Virus record (IMG/VR): IMGVR_UViG_2775507210_000003 | DNA length: 64,000 bases | Strand: one strand, 5' to 3' | Origin: an uncultured virus (IMG/VR IMGVR_UViG_2775507210_000003) | Lineage: Duplodnaviria > Heunggongvirae > Uroviricota > Caudoviricetes | Part shown: piece after piece, positions 18,307 through 28,387 of the stretch | How the letters are laid out: each line of letters begins with the position of its first letter | Numbering within the stretch: position 1 is the first letter of the stretch | Program-made: the position numbers and the translations under genes | Notes under the pieces: model-generated | Told to the model about the DNA's origin: nothing | What the model saw: the letters and a program-made list of their open reading frames with translations, nothing else | Databases searched by the model: none

Positions 18307-18650
18307 GCAATATCAAACAAGAGCCGGTACACGCCGGGGAGTTCCTGCTTAGCGAAGGCGCCGGGAAGATCTCCCGCGAGGCCATCAACGTCGTAGCGGG
18401 GCCTGCAGTGATGGCCGGTCAAGTCCTCGGCATGGTCGCCGCCACGGGGGAGTTTGCGCCATACAACCCGGCTGCTGAGGATGGCAGCGAGAATGCCGCC
18501 TGCATCCTTTTTGCCTCGCTGGGTGAGTCCGATGTGACGCGGCGCGGTCGTGCAGTAGTGCGCTTGGCCGAGGTGAGCGAGGTCTTGCTGACAGGCCTGG
18601 ACCCGGATGCCGAGAAAGCCCTGGCCGCCAACTTCATCATCGTTCGCTGA
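18303..18650 (+). CDS. Head decoration protein
   Basis: EFLLSE...SRE, DGSENA; position before capsid gene. Confidence 0.8.
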   Translation: MSNIKQEPVHAGEFLLSEGAGKISREAINVVAGPAVMAGQVLGMVAATGEFAPYNPAAEDGSENAACILFASLGESDVTRRGRAVVRLAEVSEVLLTGLDPDAEKALAANFIIVR

Positions 18651-18712
18651 CGCGCTCGAAACCTTTTTCTAGACCCCGCCCTGAGCGGGGTTTCTTCTTT
18701 CTGGAGTACCCC

Positions 18713-19708
18713 ATGGCTGATATCGCCATTTTTGAAGACGACGCCTTTGGTGTCGCTGCGTTGACCGCTGCCATCAATGAGCAGGAGTTTGTCCCTGGTC
18801 GCCTGGCCAGCCTCGGCTTGTTTGAAGAGGAGGGCGTGACCACCCTGACTGTGCAGATCGAGAAGGACGGTGACAAGCTGGCCTTGGTACCGGCTGGTGA
18901 GCGCGGCACCTCTGGCTTGGTGGTTGGTGGCAGCAAGCGCATTTTGCTGCCATTCAACACTATTCACCTGCCCGAGCGCTTTACCATCAAGGCGGATGAG
19001 ATCCAGGGCATTCGTGCCTTCGGTACCCAGACCGAGCTACAGGCGGTTCAGGATGTGGTCAACAAGCGTCTCGACAAGGCGCGTCGCCAGTTGGATGCCA
19101 CCCACGAATTTCATCGGATGGGAGCGCTTAACGGCAAAGTGTTCGATGCTGATGGCAAGACGGTGTTGCTGGACATCTATGATCGCTTTGGCGTCCAGCG
19201 CCAAACCATGTCGATGGGCCTGAATGATCCTGAGACCAACGTGCAGGTGCAGTGTGTTGAAGCGCTCGACATGCAGGAAGATGCACTGGGCAACGTCACC
19301 ACGACCTCGTCGCGTGCTTTCTGCGGCAAGACCTTCTGGAAGAAGTTGATCGCGCATAAATCTGTGGTCAGAACCTACGAAGGTAGCCAGCAGGCAGCGG
19401 CCCTGCGCGGTGATGCTCGCGAAGCCTTTGAGTTCGGCGGTATCACCTGGGAGCGCTATCGCGGCAAGGTCGCTGGTATTGCGTTCATTGCTGAGGATGA
19501 AGCCCGCCTGGTGCCAGAGGGTGTTCCTGAGATGTTCCTCTCGGCCTATGCACCGGCTGACTACATGGAGACAGTCAACACCCAGGGGCTGCCGTACTAC
19601 AGCAAGCTCGAACCCTTGCCGTTCGGCAAGGGTGTTGCCGGCGAGGCTCAGTCCAACCCGTTGCACATCTGCACCCGGCCTCGCGCAGTTATTCGCCTGA
19701 CGCTCTGA
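18713..19708 (+). CDS. Major capsid protein (lambda gpE family)
   Basis: THEFHRMGAL, FEFGGI, AQSNPL...RP. Confidence 0.9.
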   Translation: MADIAIFEDDAFGVAALTAAINEQEFVPGRLASLGLFEEEGVTTLTVQIEKDGDKLALVPAGERGTSGLVVGGSKRILLPFNTIHLPERFTIKADEIQGIRAFGTQTELQAVQDVVNKRLDKARRQLDATHEFHRMGALNGKVFDADGKTVLLDIYDRFGVQRQTMSMGLNDPETNVQVQCVEALDMQEDALGNVTTTSSRAFCGKTFWKKLIAHKSVVRTYEGSQQAAALRGDAREAFEFGGITWERYRGKVAGIAFIAEDEARLVPEGVPEMFLSAYAPADYMETVNTQGLPYYSKLEPLPFGKGVAGEAQSNPLHICTRPRAVIRLTL

Positions 19709-19710
19709 TC

Positions 19711-20025
19711 ATGGGCTTTCGCGACCTGATCGACAGTATCGATGGCGCAGTATTTGAAGCGCTTGGCGATACCGCTTACATCGAGGGGCGTGAGGTGCTG
19801 GGCATATTCTCGGCACCTTGGCTGCAACCGAAGTTTGGCGGCATCAACACGGCCTTGCGTGAGCCGCACCTGGTGATTCGTGTTTCAGACTCGGCCGGTG
19901 TCCAGGTGCGGCAGCAGGTCCGCGTCGAGTTGCCTGCCCATGATGGCGGTGGCGAATACACTTTGACCCGCCTTGAGCCTGGTGGTGATGGACTGGTCAC
20001 CTTGATTCTGAGGATCAACCCATGA
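19711..20025 (+). CDS. Head-tail joining protein
   Basis: Size and position after capsid gene. Confidence 0.6.
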   Translation: MGFRDLIDSIDGAVFEALGDTAYIEGREVLGIFSAPWLQPKFGGINTALREPHLVIRVSDSAGVQVRQQVRVELPAHDGGGEYTLTRLEPGGDGLVTLILRINP

Positions 20026-20690
20026 GCGTTGGCAGCTATTACAAGCAGTCAGCCAGCCAGGGCATGATCACCCTGCAGGCTAATCCGGAACACCTCAAGA
20101 CGTTTCAGGACTTCTCAGTTCTGGTACCCAAGGCGATTGCTGCGGCCCAGCGGCGAGCGATCAACAAGACCCTGCGCTGGCTGCGTACGCACATTGCGCG
20201 GGCCGTCAGCCAGAAGGAACGAATTGCGGTCACCGCTGTGCGGCAGCGTTTGCGTGCGTACCCAGTGAGCGGCAAGGGTCAGGGCAAGCTGTGGTTCGGG
20301 ATCAACCCCATCGAGGCCAGTCGCACCGGCCGGCCCAGGCAGTCTCGGGCTGGCGTGTCTGTGGCGGGGCGCCGCTATAAGGGGGCGTTCTACAAGAAGG
20401 TATACGGCGGTCAGGCTGACATCTGGATCCGTACGGCCAGCAAACACTTTAGGGCCAGCGACTACCCCGACAGCGATGTGTCGATGGTGGACGGGGTCAG
20501 CACTGGCTGGATCTCTGAAGGCGGCAATGACAGTCGATTCCCTCTGGCCAAGGCCAAGGTCTCGCTTGAAGACGTTCGCCCCCAGTTTGAGTCTTGGACC
20601 AATCGTGCTCACCACCGGCTGCTCGAGGTCATGCAGCAAGAGCTGAACTATGAGCTTCAGAAGTACCTGGGGGGTATAAAACGTGTCTGA
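20022..20690 (+). CDS. Tail completion protein (gpZ-like)
   Basis: RAINKT...basic N-terminal half; position. Confidence 0.65.
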   Translation: MSVGSYYKQSASQGMITLQANPEHLKTFQDFSVLVPKAIAAAQRRAINKTLRWLRTHIARAVSQKERIAVTAVRQRLRAYPVSGKGQGKLWFGINPIEASRTGRPRQSRAGVSVAGRRYKGAFYKKVYGGQADIWIRTASKHFRASDYPDSDVSMVDGVSTGWISEGGNDSRFPLAKAKVSLEDVRPQFESWTNRAHHRLLEVMQQELNYELQKYLGGIKRV

Positions 20691-21183
20691 TGAGCCGTTT
20701 AGCTTGGATGTCCTGTATGACGCCATTGAACAGCATATTCGCGATGCCATCGCGGGGCTGGCCTATGTGGGGACCATGCCGGACATGCTTGAGCGCGTAG
20801 CCCTTCCGGCAGTGGTGTTGGAGCTTACCGAGCTGGAGCCCGGAGAGGATCAGGGCACTGGCGAAGTGGCCCTGATCGCTCGGTTTGAGGCCCGTGTGAT
20901 TGTGGGGTCTGAGCTCGAACAGTGTCATCAGAAAGCCGCATTCGCTGCGTCCCAGCTTGCGGTGCTGCTGCGCATGCAGACGTGGGGCTTGGCTGTTGGG
21001 CATGCCGAGTTTGTGCGTGCAGCACAGGACTGGACGCGCCCCGAGCTTGATGGCTATGCCGTCTGGGTTGTTGAGTGGACTCAGCCGATCTGGCTTGGTA
21101 CGGAGGAATGGCCTTGGCCGGATGAATTCGGGGGTTACCTGAAATTCACCGACTACCCGGACGATCAGGAGGGGGCCGCATGA
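20683..21183 (+). CDS. Putative tail terminator protein
   Basis: Position; LPAVVLEL...W.VEW.Q. Confidence 0.55.
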   Translation: MSDEPFSLDVLYDAIEQHIRDAIAGLAYVGTMPDMLERVALPAVVLELTELEPGEDQGTGEVALIARFEARVIVGSELEQCHQKAAFAASQLAVLLRMQTWGLAVGHAEFVRAAQDWTRPELDGYAVWVVEWTQPIWLGTEEWPWPDEFGGYLKFTDYPDDQEGAA

Positions 21184-21740
21184 GTTCAGCCGTTGCCGAG
21201 CATGACCGCATGATCGCATGCCTGATCATTCCGTGCCGCGTAGTCGATGTTGATTTGCTTGAGGCGATGGTGCGGGTTTCTGACGGTGCTGGCTGGACCA
21301 GTGCCTGGGTGCGTTGGCACAGCCAGGCCGCTGGCAAAGCCCGTCATTGGCGAGTGCCAAGCATGGGTGAGCAGGGCATTTTGAAATGTCCCAGCGGCGA
21401 CCCCGCGCAGGGTACTTTCGTTCCAGGGCTTTACGGTAACGCCGGTGCCCCGCCGGACAACCGCGACCACGTCGAGGTGTGGCGCTTCGATGATGGCGGT
21501 TCGCTGGTCTACGACTGGAAAGCCAAGAGTTACACCATCAGTGTGCCCAGCGGCACCGTGGCCATCAAGGTCGGTGGCAGTAGTGCGGTCGTTACGGATA
21601 ACGCGATTGATGCTGCAGCCGCCAACATCACGTTGACTGGTGCCGTACATATCAACGGCCCGTTACGGGTAACGGGCGACATCAACGGCGACGGAAAGAT
21701 CATCGACGCCGGTGGCAACACCGCAAACCATAAGCACTAG
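21180..21740 (+). CDS. Baseplate spike protein (P2 gpV-like)
   Basis: PSMGEQ, FDDG, C-terminal HKH iron-binding motif. Confidence 0.88.
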   Translation: MSSAVAEHDRMIACLIIPCRVVDVDLLEAMVRVSDGAGWTSAWVRWHSQAAGKARHWRVPSMGEQGILKCPSGDPAQGTFVPGLYGNAGAPPDNRDHVEVWRFDDGGSLVYDWKAKSYTISVPSGTVAIKVGGSSAVVTDNAIDAAAANITLTGAVHINGPLRVTGDINGDGKIIDAGGNTANHKH

Positions 21741-21788
21741 ATCAACCCAAGCCCGCCAAGTGCGGGCTTTTTCTTACCTGGAGAAATC

Positions 21789-22025
21789 ATGGCAAAACCA
21801 GATGAAGACTCAACACCGGCTGAGCGGCTGCCTACTCCGGCGGGCGTATCGAAGCCAGGCAGTACCGGCCTGTTCCGTGACACTGCCTACACCTCCCGCG
21901 TGTTGATCCTGCCGGATGGTCGCCAGTTGGCGGTCGCCCGTGGCCGGGTATCGGTGCCGCCTGACGACATCGTCGCCCTGGAATACCTCGGCAAACACCC
22001 GGACATGAAGCCGCTGCAGGAGTAA
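21789..22025 (+). CDS. Phage hypothetical protein
   Basis: GGAG RBS; lies in tail operon. Confidence 0.6.
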   Translation: MAKPDEDSTPAERLPTPAGVSKPGSTGLFRDTAYTSRVLILPDGRQLAVARGRVSVPPDDIVALEYLGKHPDMKPLQE

Positions 22026-22029
22026 TCCC

Positions 22030-22356
22030 ATGATCGGAGTGGACCGACGCACAGGCCAACCGCTGTCTGGCATCGAGCATCTGCGGCAGTCCATCGAAGA
22101 CATTCTCAGCACACCCATCGGCAGTCGGCGCATGCGCCCAGAGTACGGCAGCAAGCTACGGCGCTTTGTTGACCTGCCGGTAAACGACGGTTGGAAGAGC
22201 GCGGTTCAGGCTGAGGTGGCGCGTGCGCTGGGTCGCTGGGAGCCGCGCCTGAAGCTGGAGCGCGTTCGGGTGATTGCCGTAGTGGGCGGCAAGATCACGT
22301 TCCAGCTGAATGGGCAGTACCTGGGCGACAGTGCAATTTTGGAGGTGACGGCATGA
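22030..22356 (+). CDS. Baseplate protein (P2 gpW/gp25 family)
   Basis: HLRQSIEDILSTPIGSRRMRPEYGS...WEPR. Confidence 0.9.
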   Translation: MIGVDRRTGQPLSGIEHLRQSIEDILSTPIGSRRMRPEYGSKLRRFVDLPVNDGWKSAVQAEVARALGRWEPRLKLERVRVIAVVGGKITFQLNGQYLGDSAILEVTA

Positions 22357-23234
22357 GTACCGTGGATTTGTCGGCGCTGCCCGCGCCCCCGGTGCTGGAA
22401 GACCTCAACTTTGAAGAGGTCTATCAGGAAGACCTTTCGACCTTTCGGTTGCACATGGCTGATAACTGGAGCGCGGGAGTGGAAAGCGACCCAGTGACCA
22501 AGCTACTGGAAGTCGGTGCCTACCGGAAGCTGGGTAACCGGGCACGGGTCAACGATGCCGCCAAGGCGCTCATGCTGGCTCATGCCAAGCGAGGCGACCT
22601 TGATCAGCTGGCCGCTAACGTTGACCTCGAGCGGCTGGTGGTACAGGCCGAGGATCTGACGGCCGTTCCGCCCGTTGCTGAAGTCCTGGAGGAAGACGAC
22701 GCCCTGCGCGAACGGATACAGCTGGTGTACGAAGGCCTGACCACGGCAGGGCCACGCAACAGCTACATCCTGCACGCGCGCAATGCCTCGGGCCTGGTGG
22801 CTGACGCTTCGGCTGAGAGCCCTTCACCGGCGACGGTTGTGGTTACGGTGCTTGGCTTGCTCGGTGACGGTGTGGCCGACGACGAGCTGCTGGACGTGGT
22901 GCGCGACGGCCTGAGTGACGAAGACGTAAGGCCGCTGGGTGATCGGGTGATTGTGCAGTCTGCCGAGATCCTGCCGTATCGCATTGATGCCGTGGTTTAC
23001 ATGGCCGGTACTGGTTCGGAGAACGAGGCCATTCTTGCCGAGTGCGAGAAGCGCCTGAAGGCGTGGATCAATCCACGGCGCCGGCTCGGCGTCGAAGTGT
23101 CGCGCTCGGCCATCGATGCGCAATTGCATATCAATGGCGTGGTAAGGGTGGAACTGACGGGCTGGGCGGATATAAAGCCCACCAAAGCCCAAGCGGCCTG
23201 GTGTACTGGCCTTGACGTTGTGCGGGGGCGGTAG
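22353..23234 (+). CDS. Baseplate J protein
   Basis: DLSALPAP, TTAGP...Y, VRPLGDRV. Confidence 0.9.
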   Translation: MSTVDLSALPAPPVLEDLNFEEVYQEDLSTFRLHMADNWSAGVESDPVTKLLEVGAYRKLGNRARVNDAAKALMLAHAKRGDLDQLAANVDLERLVVQAEDLTAVPPVAEVLEEDDALRERIQLVYEGLTTAGPRNSYILHARNASGLVADASAESPSPATVVVTVLGLLGDGVADDELLDVVRDGLSDEDVRPLGDRVIVQSAEILPYRIDAVVYMAGTGSENEAILAECEKRLKAWINPRRRLGVEVSRSAIDAQLHINGVVRVELTGWADIKPTKAQAAWCTGLDVVRGR

Positions 23235-23236
23235 AC

Positions 23237-23848
23237 ATGAAAAGCCTTCTTCCGCCCAACAGCACATCACTGGAGCGGGCGATTGAAGCCGCTGCCTATG
23301 AAAGCCCCGAGATACCCCTACGGACGCTGTACAACCCGGACACCTGCCCAGCGCATTTGCTGCATCAGCTTGCATGGGCCTGGTCGGTCGACCGCTGGGA
23401 CGAAACATGGTCGGAAGCGGTCAAGCGCTCCGTCTGCCGCTCGGCGTTCTTTGTGCATTCCCGAAAGGGCACCATCGGCGCGATTCGCCGCGTGGTCGAG
23501 CCCTTGGGCTATCTGCTCAAGGTCACCGAGTGGTGGCAGACCGAACCCATGGACGAGCCCGGCACCTTCGCCCTGGAGGTGGGCGTGCTCGATACCGGCA
23601 TCAGCGAGGAAATGTACGCCGAGCTGACCGCGCTGATCGATGACGCCAAGCCGGTCAGTCGGCACATGAAGGGGCTGAACATCAGCCTCGAAACGCCCGT
23701 GAACAGCTATGTCGGTATTGCGGTGTATGACGGCGATCAGATCGACGTGTACCCGTGGGAAAACCCCGATATCGACGTGCAGGTGCAGGGCTTCCAAGGC
23801 GTGAATGACTACACCCTCGACGAACAGGATGTATACCTGAATGGTTAA
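23237..23848 (+). CDS. Tail protein I (P2 gpI-like)
   Basis: SLLPPN, LAWAWSVD, HSRKGT, AKPVSRH. Confidence 0.9.
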   Translation: MKSLLPPNSTSLERAIEAAAYESPEIPLRTLYNPDTCPAHLLHQLAWAWSVDRWDETWSEAVKRSVCRSAFFVHSRKGTIGAIRRVVEPLGYLLKVTEWWQTEPMDEPGTFALEVGVLDTGISEEMYAELTALIDDAKPVSRHMKGLNISLETPVNSYVGIAVYDGDQIDVYPWENPDIDVQVQGFQGVNDYTLDEQDVYLNG

Positions 23849-25730
23849 TCAAAACTCGATCTTCGGCGGCATGCTGACTACGGTCGGCGCCGCCAAGAAA
23901 ACCAACTGCGATGCCCTCGGGGTGCCGTGGCAGCCGAGCCATATGTTGATCGGCGATGCCAATGGCGCTGATCCGGTACCGAACCCGGGGCAGACCAAGC
24001 TGATCAATCAGGTCTACCGCGCACCGCTGAACCAGCTGTATGTGTCGCCGACTGACCCGAACGTGCTGGTGGCCGAGCTGGTGCTGCCGCCCAATGTCGG
24101 TGGCTGGTGGATTCGTGAGCTGGCCCTGGAGGACGTCGATGGTGTTTTCTCGGCGGTGGCCAATTGCGCACCGAGCTACAAGCCGCTGCTGCTGCAAGGC
24201 TCCGGTCGTAACCAAGTTGTGCGGATGCACATCGTTACCAGCGGCACGGCCAACATTCAGCTCAAGATCGATCCGAGCGTCGTGTTGGCAACGCGTGAGT
24301 ACGTTGATACCGCGATCATCGCTGCCCTGAACAAACAGGACTTCAAGAATTCGGTGCTGGTAGCGACCACCGAGGCCATCACGCTCAATGGTCTGCAGTC
24401 CGTTGACGGCATTCCGGTACCGGTCGGCGCTCGGGTGCTGGTCAAGAACCAGCTTGTAGGCAAGGACAATGGCTTCTATGTAGCAGCGGCCGGTGCATGG
24501 GTTCGTTCGGTTGATGCCGACGCCAGTGTAGAGGTAACGCCCGGCCTGTTCGTTCACGTCGAGCAGGGCGCGACCAACGGCGACAGTGTCTGGCAATTGA
24601 CCTCCGACGCACCGATTACCCTGGGCACTACCGCGCTGACATTTGAGCAGGTGGTGGGGCGTACCGGTGTCGCAGCGGGCACCTACACCAAGGTGACCAT
24701 CGACAAGAATGGCCGTGTAGTTGCCGGGACGAACCCGACAACATTGGCGGGGCTTGGTATTACTGATGCGTACACCAAGCCCGAGGTGGATTCGATAGTC
24801 GCCCAGTCCTCGGCGCTGCCGGTAGGTTCGGTGCTGGCGTTTACGAAGGCCGCCGTGCCGCCAGGGTTCCTTGAGCTTGATGGCAGCGTGCAAAGCAGTG
24901 CTGCTTATCCTGATCTGGCCGCTTACCTCGGTACGACGTTCAACCAGGGCAACGAGCCTGTCGGTTACTTCCGGTTGCCGGATTCGCGTGGCGAGTTCCT
25001 ACGGGGCTGGGATCATGGTCGAGGAGTCGATGCGGGTCGGGCTTTGAGCAGCCTGCAGCTTGATGCTGCGCAGAAAATAACTGGCAAGCTCGGCCGCGTC
25101 GTTTCTACTGCTAGTGAAACAGATACGAGTGGACCGTTTACGCCAGGCGACGTGCTAAACGGCATTACCTCTGGCTCTGTAGCCTTGCGATACGTGAACT
25201 TTGACAACTCGCTAGTTGCTCGAACTGCAGCTGAAACTCGTCCTCGTAACTTGGCAGTCATGTGGTGCATCAAGGCCTGGAATGCGCCGGTCAATCAGGG
25301 GAACATCGACGTGGCGGCCCTGGCACCCTTAGCGGCCAAGGCAACTGAGATCAACTTGGGCGTATCGAAGATTGGTTCCCAGGCACAGGTTGATGCCGGC
25401 GAAGTAGACGACGTGATCGTTACACCCAAAAAATTGCGCTGGGGGTTCAATGCGATTTGGGGGGTTAATGGTGGGATTGCGTTCCCGTCGTGGCTCGGTG
25501 GATGGATTGTGAACTGGGGGCTTCAGGCCTCAGCACTGTCAGGGACTATCAGCTATCCCATTGCGTACACGACCAGAGCATATGGGATTCAGGGTCAGTA
25601 CACCCACGCTACCCCGAGCAATGTCAATTACAACATCACATTCAAGGATCTCGCGCTCTCTGGCTTGTCCTCTGTTCCATTCGTATCGGGGATCGCTAAC
25701 CAATTTCAATGGTGGGGGTTTGGTAAATGA
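23841..25730 (+). CDS. Tail fiber protein
   Basis: GGWWIRE, IDPSVVLATREYVD N-terminus; collar motif FRLPDSRGEFLRGWD; ETRPRN. Confidence 0.9.
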   Translation: MVNQNSIFGGMLTTVGAAKKTNCDALGVPWQPSHMLIGDANGADPVPNPGQTKLINQVYRAPLNQLYVSPTDPNVLVAELVLPPNVGGWWIRELALEDVDGVFSAVANCAPSYKPLLLQGSGRNQVVRMHIVTSGTANIQLKIDPSVVLATREYVDTAIIAALNKQDFKNSVLVATTEAITLNGLQSVDGIPVPVGARVLVKNQLVGKDNGFYVAAAGAWVRSVDADASVEVTPGLFVHVEQGATNGDSVWQLTSDAPITLGTTALTFEQVVGRTGVAAGTYTKVTIDKNGRVVAGTNPTTLAGLGITDAYTKPEVDSIVAQSSALPVGSVLAFTKAAVPPGFLELDGSVQSSAAYPDLAAYLGTTFNQGNEPVGYFRLPDSRGEFLRGWDHGRGVDAGRALSSLQLDAAQKITGKLGRVVSTASETDTSGPFTPGDVLNGITSGSVALRYVNFDNSLVARTAAETRPRNLAVMWCIKAWNAPVNQGNIDVAALAPLAAKATEINLGVSKIGSQAQVDAGEVDDVIVTPKKLRWGFNAIWGVNGGIAFPSWLGGWIVNWGLQASALSGTISYPIAYTTRAYGIQGQYTHATPSNVNYNITFKDLALSGLSSVPFVSGIANQFQWWGFGK

Positions 25731-26155
25731 GCAGGTTTTATAGCCCCTCTACGGGGTCGATCTACTTTGCTGCCGTACACGCTTTGATGCCTGATGACGT
25801 AATACCGATCGACGCTGAGACCATTGATAAGGTGATTGCAAATCCCCCTATGGGGAAGATGCGTGCGCACCGGCAAGACGGCACCCCCTACCTTGTCGAT
25901 CTTGTTCTGACCCCTGAAGAAGTTGCCGCGCTGGAGCGCGCATGGCGAGACAGTGTGCTGGCCCAGGCGGTCTGGTTGAGAGATCGCCACCGCGATCAAC
26001 TGGAAATCGGCGGTAGCACCACGCTGACAGCTGAGCAGTTCCAGGAGCTGCTGGTTTACATGCAATCTCTACGGGATTGGCCGCAATCGCCTGACTTCCC
26101 ATTGACCGAACACCGGCCAGTGGCGCCGCCCTGGATCGCCGAGCAACACCAATAA
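25727..26155 (+). CDS. Tail fiber assembly chaperone
   Basis: ERAWRD...RHRDQ...LRDWPQ...RP. Confidence 0.8.
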   Translation: MSRFYSPSTGSIYFAAVHALMPDDVIPIDAETIDKVIANPPMGKMRAHRQDGTPYLVDLVLTPEEVAALERAWRDSVLAQAVWLRDRHRDQLEIGGSTTLTAEQFQELLVYMQSLRDWPQSPDFPLTEHRPVAPPWIAEQHQ

Positions 26156-26245
26156 CGCCCCGCACTGTCGGGGCGTTTTCGTTTCTGGCTTCACCCTTTC
26201 AAAAGCCCCGCACGCCGGGGCTTCTTCATGTCTGGAGATTGTTCT

Positions 26246-27409
26246 ATGAGCTTCTTTCACGGCGTTACCGTAACGAACGTCGATACGGGGTCGCGCACGA
26301 TCTCGCTGCCGTCGTCCTCGATCATCGGTCTGGTCGACACCTTCACCGAGGCTCCGGCCTTCAGCGCCAAGGTTAATGACCTGATGCTGATCACCAGCGA
26401 GCGTGAAGCCATCGCGGCGTTTGGCCCCGACTCGGCCATCACCAAGGCCTGTCAGGCCATCTACCTGCGCGCCAAGGCCGTGATCGTCGCCTGTGGCGTG
26501 GCCAAGTTGGAAGACCCCGCGCAGCAAACCTCGGCGATCATCGGCGGTGTCAAACTCGACGGTACCCGTACCGGCCTGCAGGCGCTGCTCGACGGCAAAA
26601 GCCGTTTCAACGCGCAACCGCGCTTGCTGGTTACCCCCAAACACAGTTCGACCCTTGCGGTCGGTACCGCGCTGGTGGCGCTGGCTGACAAGCTGCGCGG
26701 CCTGGCCATCCTCGACGGGCCGAACACCACCGATGAGGCGGTGATGGAATACGCCGAGAACTTCGGCGCGAAGCGTGCCTACCTGGTCGACCCCGGTGTG
26801 CAGTATTGGGATACCACGGAAAGCGCAACGGTCAACGCTCCGGGCTCGGCCTGGGTGGCGGGCCTGTTCGCCTGGAGCGATAACGAATATGGCTTCTGGG
26901 CCTCGCCGTCGAACAAGGAGTTCGTCGGTATCACCGGCACCACGCGTCCGGTCGAGTTTCTGGACGGCGACGAAACCTGCCGTGCCAACCTGCTCAACAA
27001 CGCGAATATCACCACCATCATTCGTGATGACGGCTTCCGCCTGTGGGGCAACCGTACCCTGTCCAGCGATCCGAAATGGGCGTTCGTTACCCGTGTGCGG
27101 ACGATGGACATCGTCATGGACGCGATCCTCTACGGCCACAAGTGGGCAGTCGACCGCTCGATCACCGCGACCTACGTCAAGGACGTGACCGACGGCCTGC
27201 AGGCGTTCATGCGCGACCTGAAGAACCAAGGCGCAATCATCAACTTCGAGGTCTTCGCGGACACCGAGTTGAACACCGCCAGTCAGCTGGAGCAGGGCAA
27301 GGTGTTCTGGACCATCCGTTTCACCGATGTGCCGCCTGCCGAAAACCCAACCTTCCGGGTCGAGGTCACCAATCAATGGCTGACCGAAGTCCTCGATGCC
27401 GCCGCTTAA
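26246..27409 (+). CDS. Tail sheath protein
   Basis: FFHGV, WASPSN, GFRLWGNRT. Confidence 0.93.
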   Translation: MSFFHGVTVTNVDTGSRTISLPSSSIIGLVDTFTEAPAFSAKVNDLMLITSEREAIAAFGPDSAITKACQAIYLRAKAVIVACGVAKLEDPAQQTSAIIGGVKLDGTRTGLQALLDGKSRFNAQPRLLVTPKHSSTLAVGTALVALADKLRGLAILDGPNTTDEAVMEYAENFGAKRAYLVDPGVQYWDTTESATVNAPGSAWVAGLFAWSDNEYGFWASPSNKEFVGITGTTRPVEFLDGDETCRANLLNNANITTIIRDDGFRLWGNRTLSSDPKWAFVTRVRTMDIVMDAILYGHKWAVDRSITATYVKDVTDGLQAFMRDLKNQGAIINFEVFADTELNTASQLEQGKVFWTIRFTDVPPAENPTFRVEVTNQWLTEVLDAAA

Positions 27410-27421
27410 GGAGCGCACACC

Positions 27422-27931
27422 ATGGCAATGATTCCTCAAACCCTGGCGAACATGAACCTGTTCGCCGACGGCATCAGCTTCCAAGGCGATGTGCCCAGCC
27501 TGACCCTGCCCAAACTGGCCCTCAAGACCGAGGAACACCGTGCCGGTGGCATGGATATGGCGGTCGAGCTTGACCAGGGCATGGAGAAGATGGAGGCCGG
27601 GTTTGTCACCACCGGCGTGCGGCGTGAGTCGCTGAAGTTCTTCGGCCTGGCGGATAGCACGGCGTTCAATGGCACGTTCCGGGGTTCTTTCAAAGGCCTC
27701 AAGGGCAAGATCACCCCGGTCGTGGTCACCCTGCGCGGCATGCTGAAAGAGGTCGATCTGGGCGACTGGAAGGCCGGAGACAAGGCCGAGATTAAACACA
27801 ACGTGGCGGTCACCTACTACAAGCTGGAGATCGATGGCCGCGTGATGTACGAAATCGACCCGCTTGGCATGAAGCGCGTTATCGATGGTGTCGACCAGCT
27901 CGCCGCCCAACGTTCGGCCCTTGGCCTGTAA
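27422..27931 (+). CDS. Tail tube protein
   Basis: LPKL...RAGGM, YYKL..DG...EID. Confidence 0.9.
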   Translation: MAMIPQTLANMNLFADGISFQGDVPSLTLPKLALKTEEHRAGGMDMAVELDQGMEKMEAGFVTTGVRRESLKFFGLADSTAFNGTFRGSFKGLKGKITPVVVTLRGMLKEVDLGDWKAGDKAEIKHNVAVTYYKLEIDGRVMYEIDPLGMKRVIDGVDQLAAQRSALGL

Positions 27932-27943
27932 GGAAAACCCCCG

Positions 27944-28246
27944 ATGACTCAAGCAAAGAAAACCCCTAGCTGGCTGACCCTGAGCGCTGACCGCGTGGTG
28001 GTCAGGCTCTCCCGCCCCGTTGAGGCCAATGGCGTGCAGGTTGATAGCTTGTCCCTGCGAGCGCCGACAGTGCGTGACATTCGCAACGCACAGTTGACTG
28101 CAGGCACTGACGAAGAGCAGCGCGAACTGAACCTGTTTGCATCTCTGGCCGAAGTCAGTCCAAAGGATCTGGAGGGGGTGGCGCTGAAGGACTACAGCCG
28201 TCTGCAGACCGCCTACTTTCGCCTGGTGCAAGACGACGAACTTTGA
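27944..28246 (+). CDS. Tail assembly chaperone (gpE/G-like)
   Basis: LRAPTVRD...LFASLA...KDYSRLQ; between tube and tape measure genes. Confidence 0.85.
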   Translation: MTQAKKTPSWLTLSADRVVVRLSRPVEANGVQVDSLSLRAPTVRDIRNAQLTAGTDEEQRELNLFASLAEVSPKDLEGVALKDYSRLQTAYFRLVQDDEL

Positions 28247-28358
28247 CCCGACCGTGCAAAAGATGGTGGCAAAGCGGCTCGCCAAGGAGCTGAACTTTTC
28301 CGCCGCCGAACTCATGACCATGTCGTTTTCCGACATGGTCTGGTGGCTCACGGATTGA
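28245..28358 (+). CDS. Frameshift extension of tail chaperone (gpE'/GT-like)
   Basis: +1 frame DPTVQKMVAKRLAKELNFSAAELMTMSFSDMVWWLTD*; starts at CTT TGA C. Confidence 0.6.
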   Translation, partial: DPTVQKMVAKRLAKELNFSAAELMTMSFSDMVWWLTD

Positions 28359-28387
28359 GCCTGCTTTCGCACGCATAGGGGGTTCCG

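Noticed and set aside
26069..28372. 767-aa minus-strand ORF and similar long antisense ORFs (9427-10335, 23682-24893, 28544-29551, 30629-31882, 34302-35318)
   Set aside because: Shadow frames of GC-rich, well-supported genes on the opposite strand.
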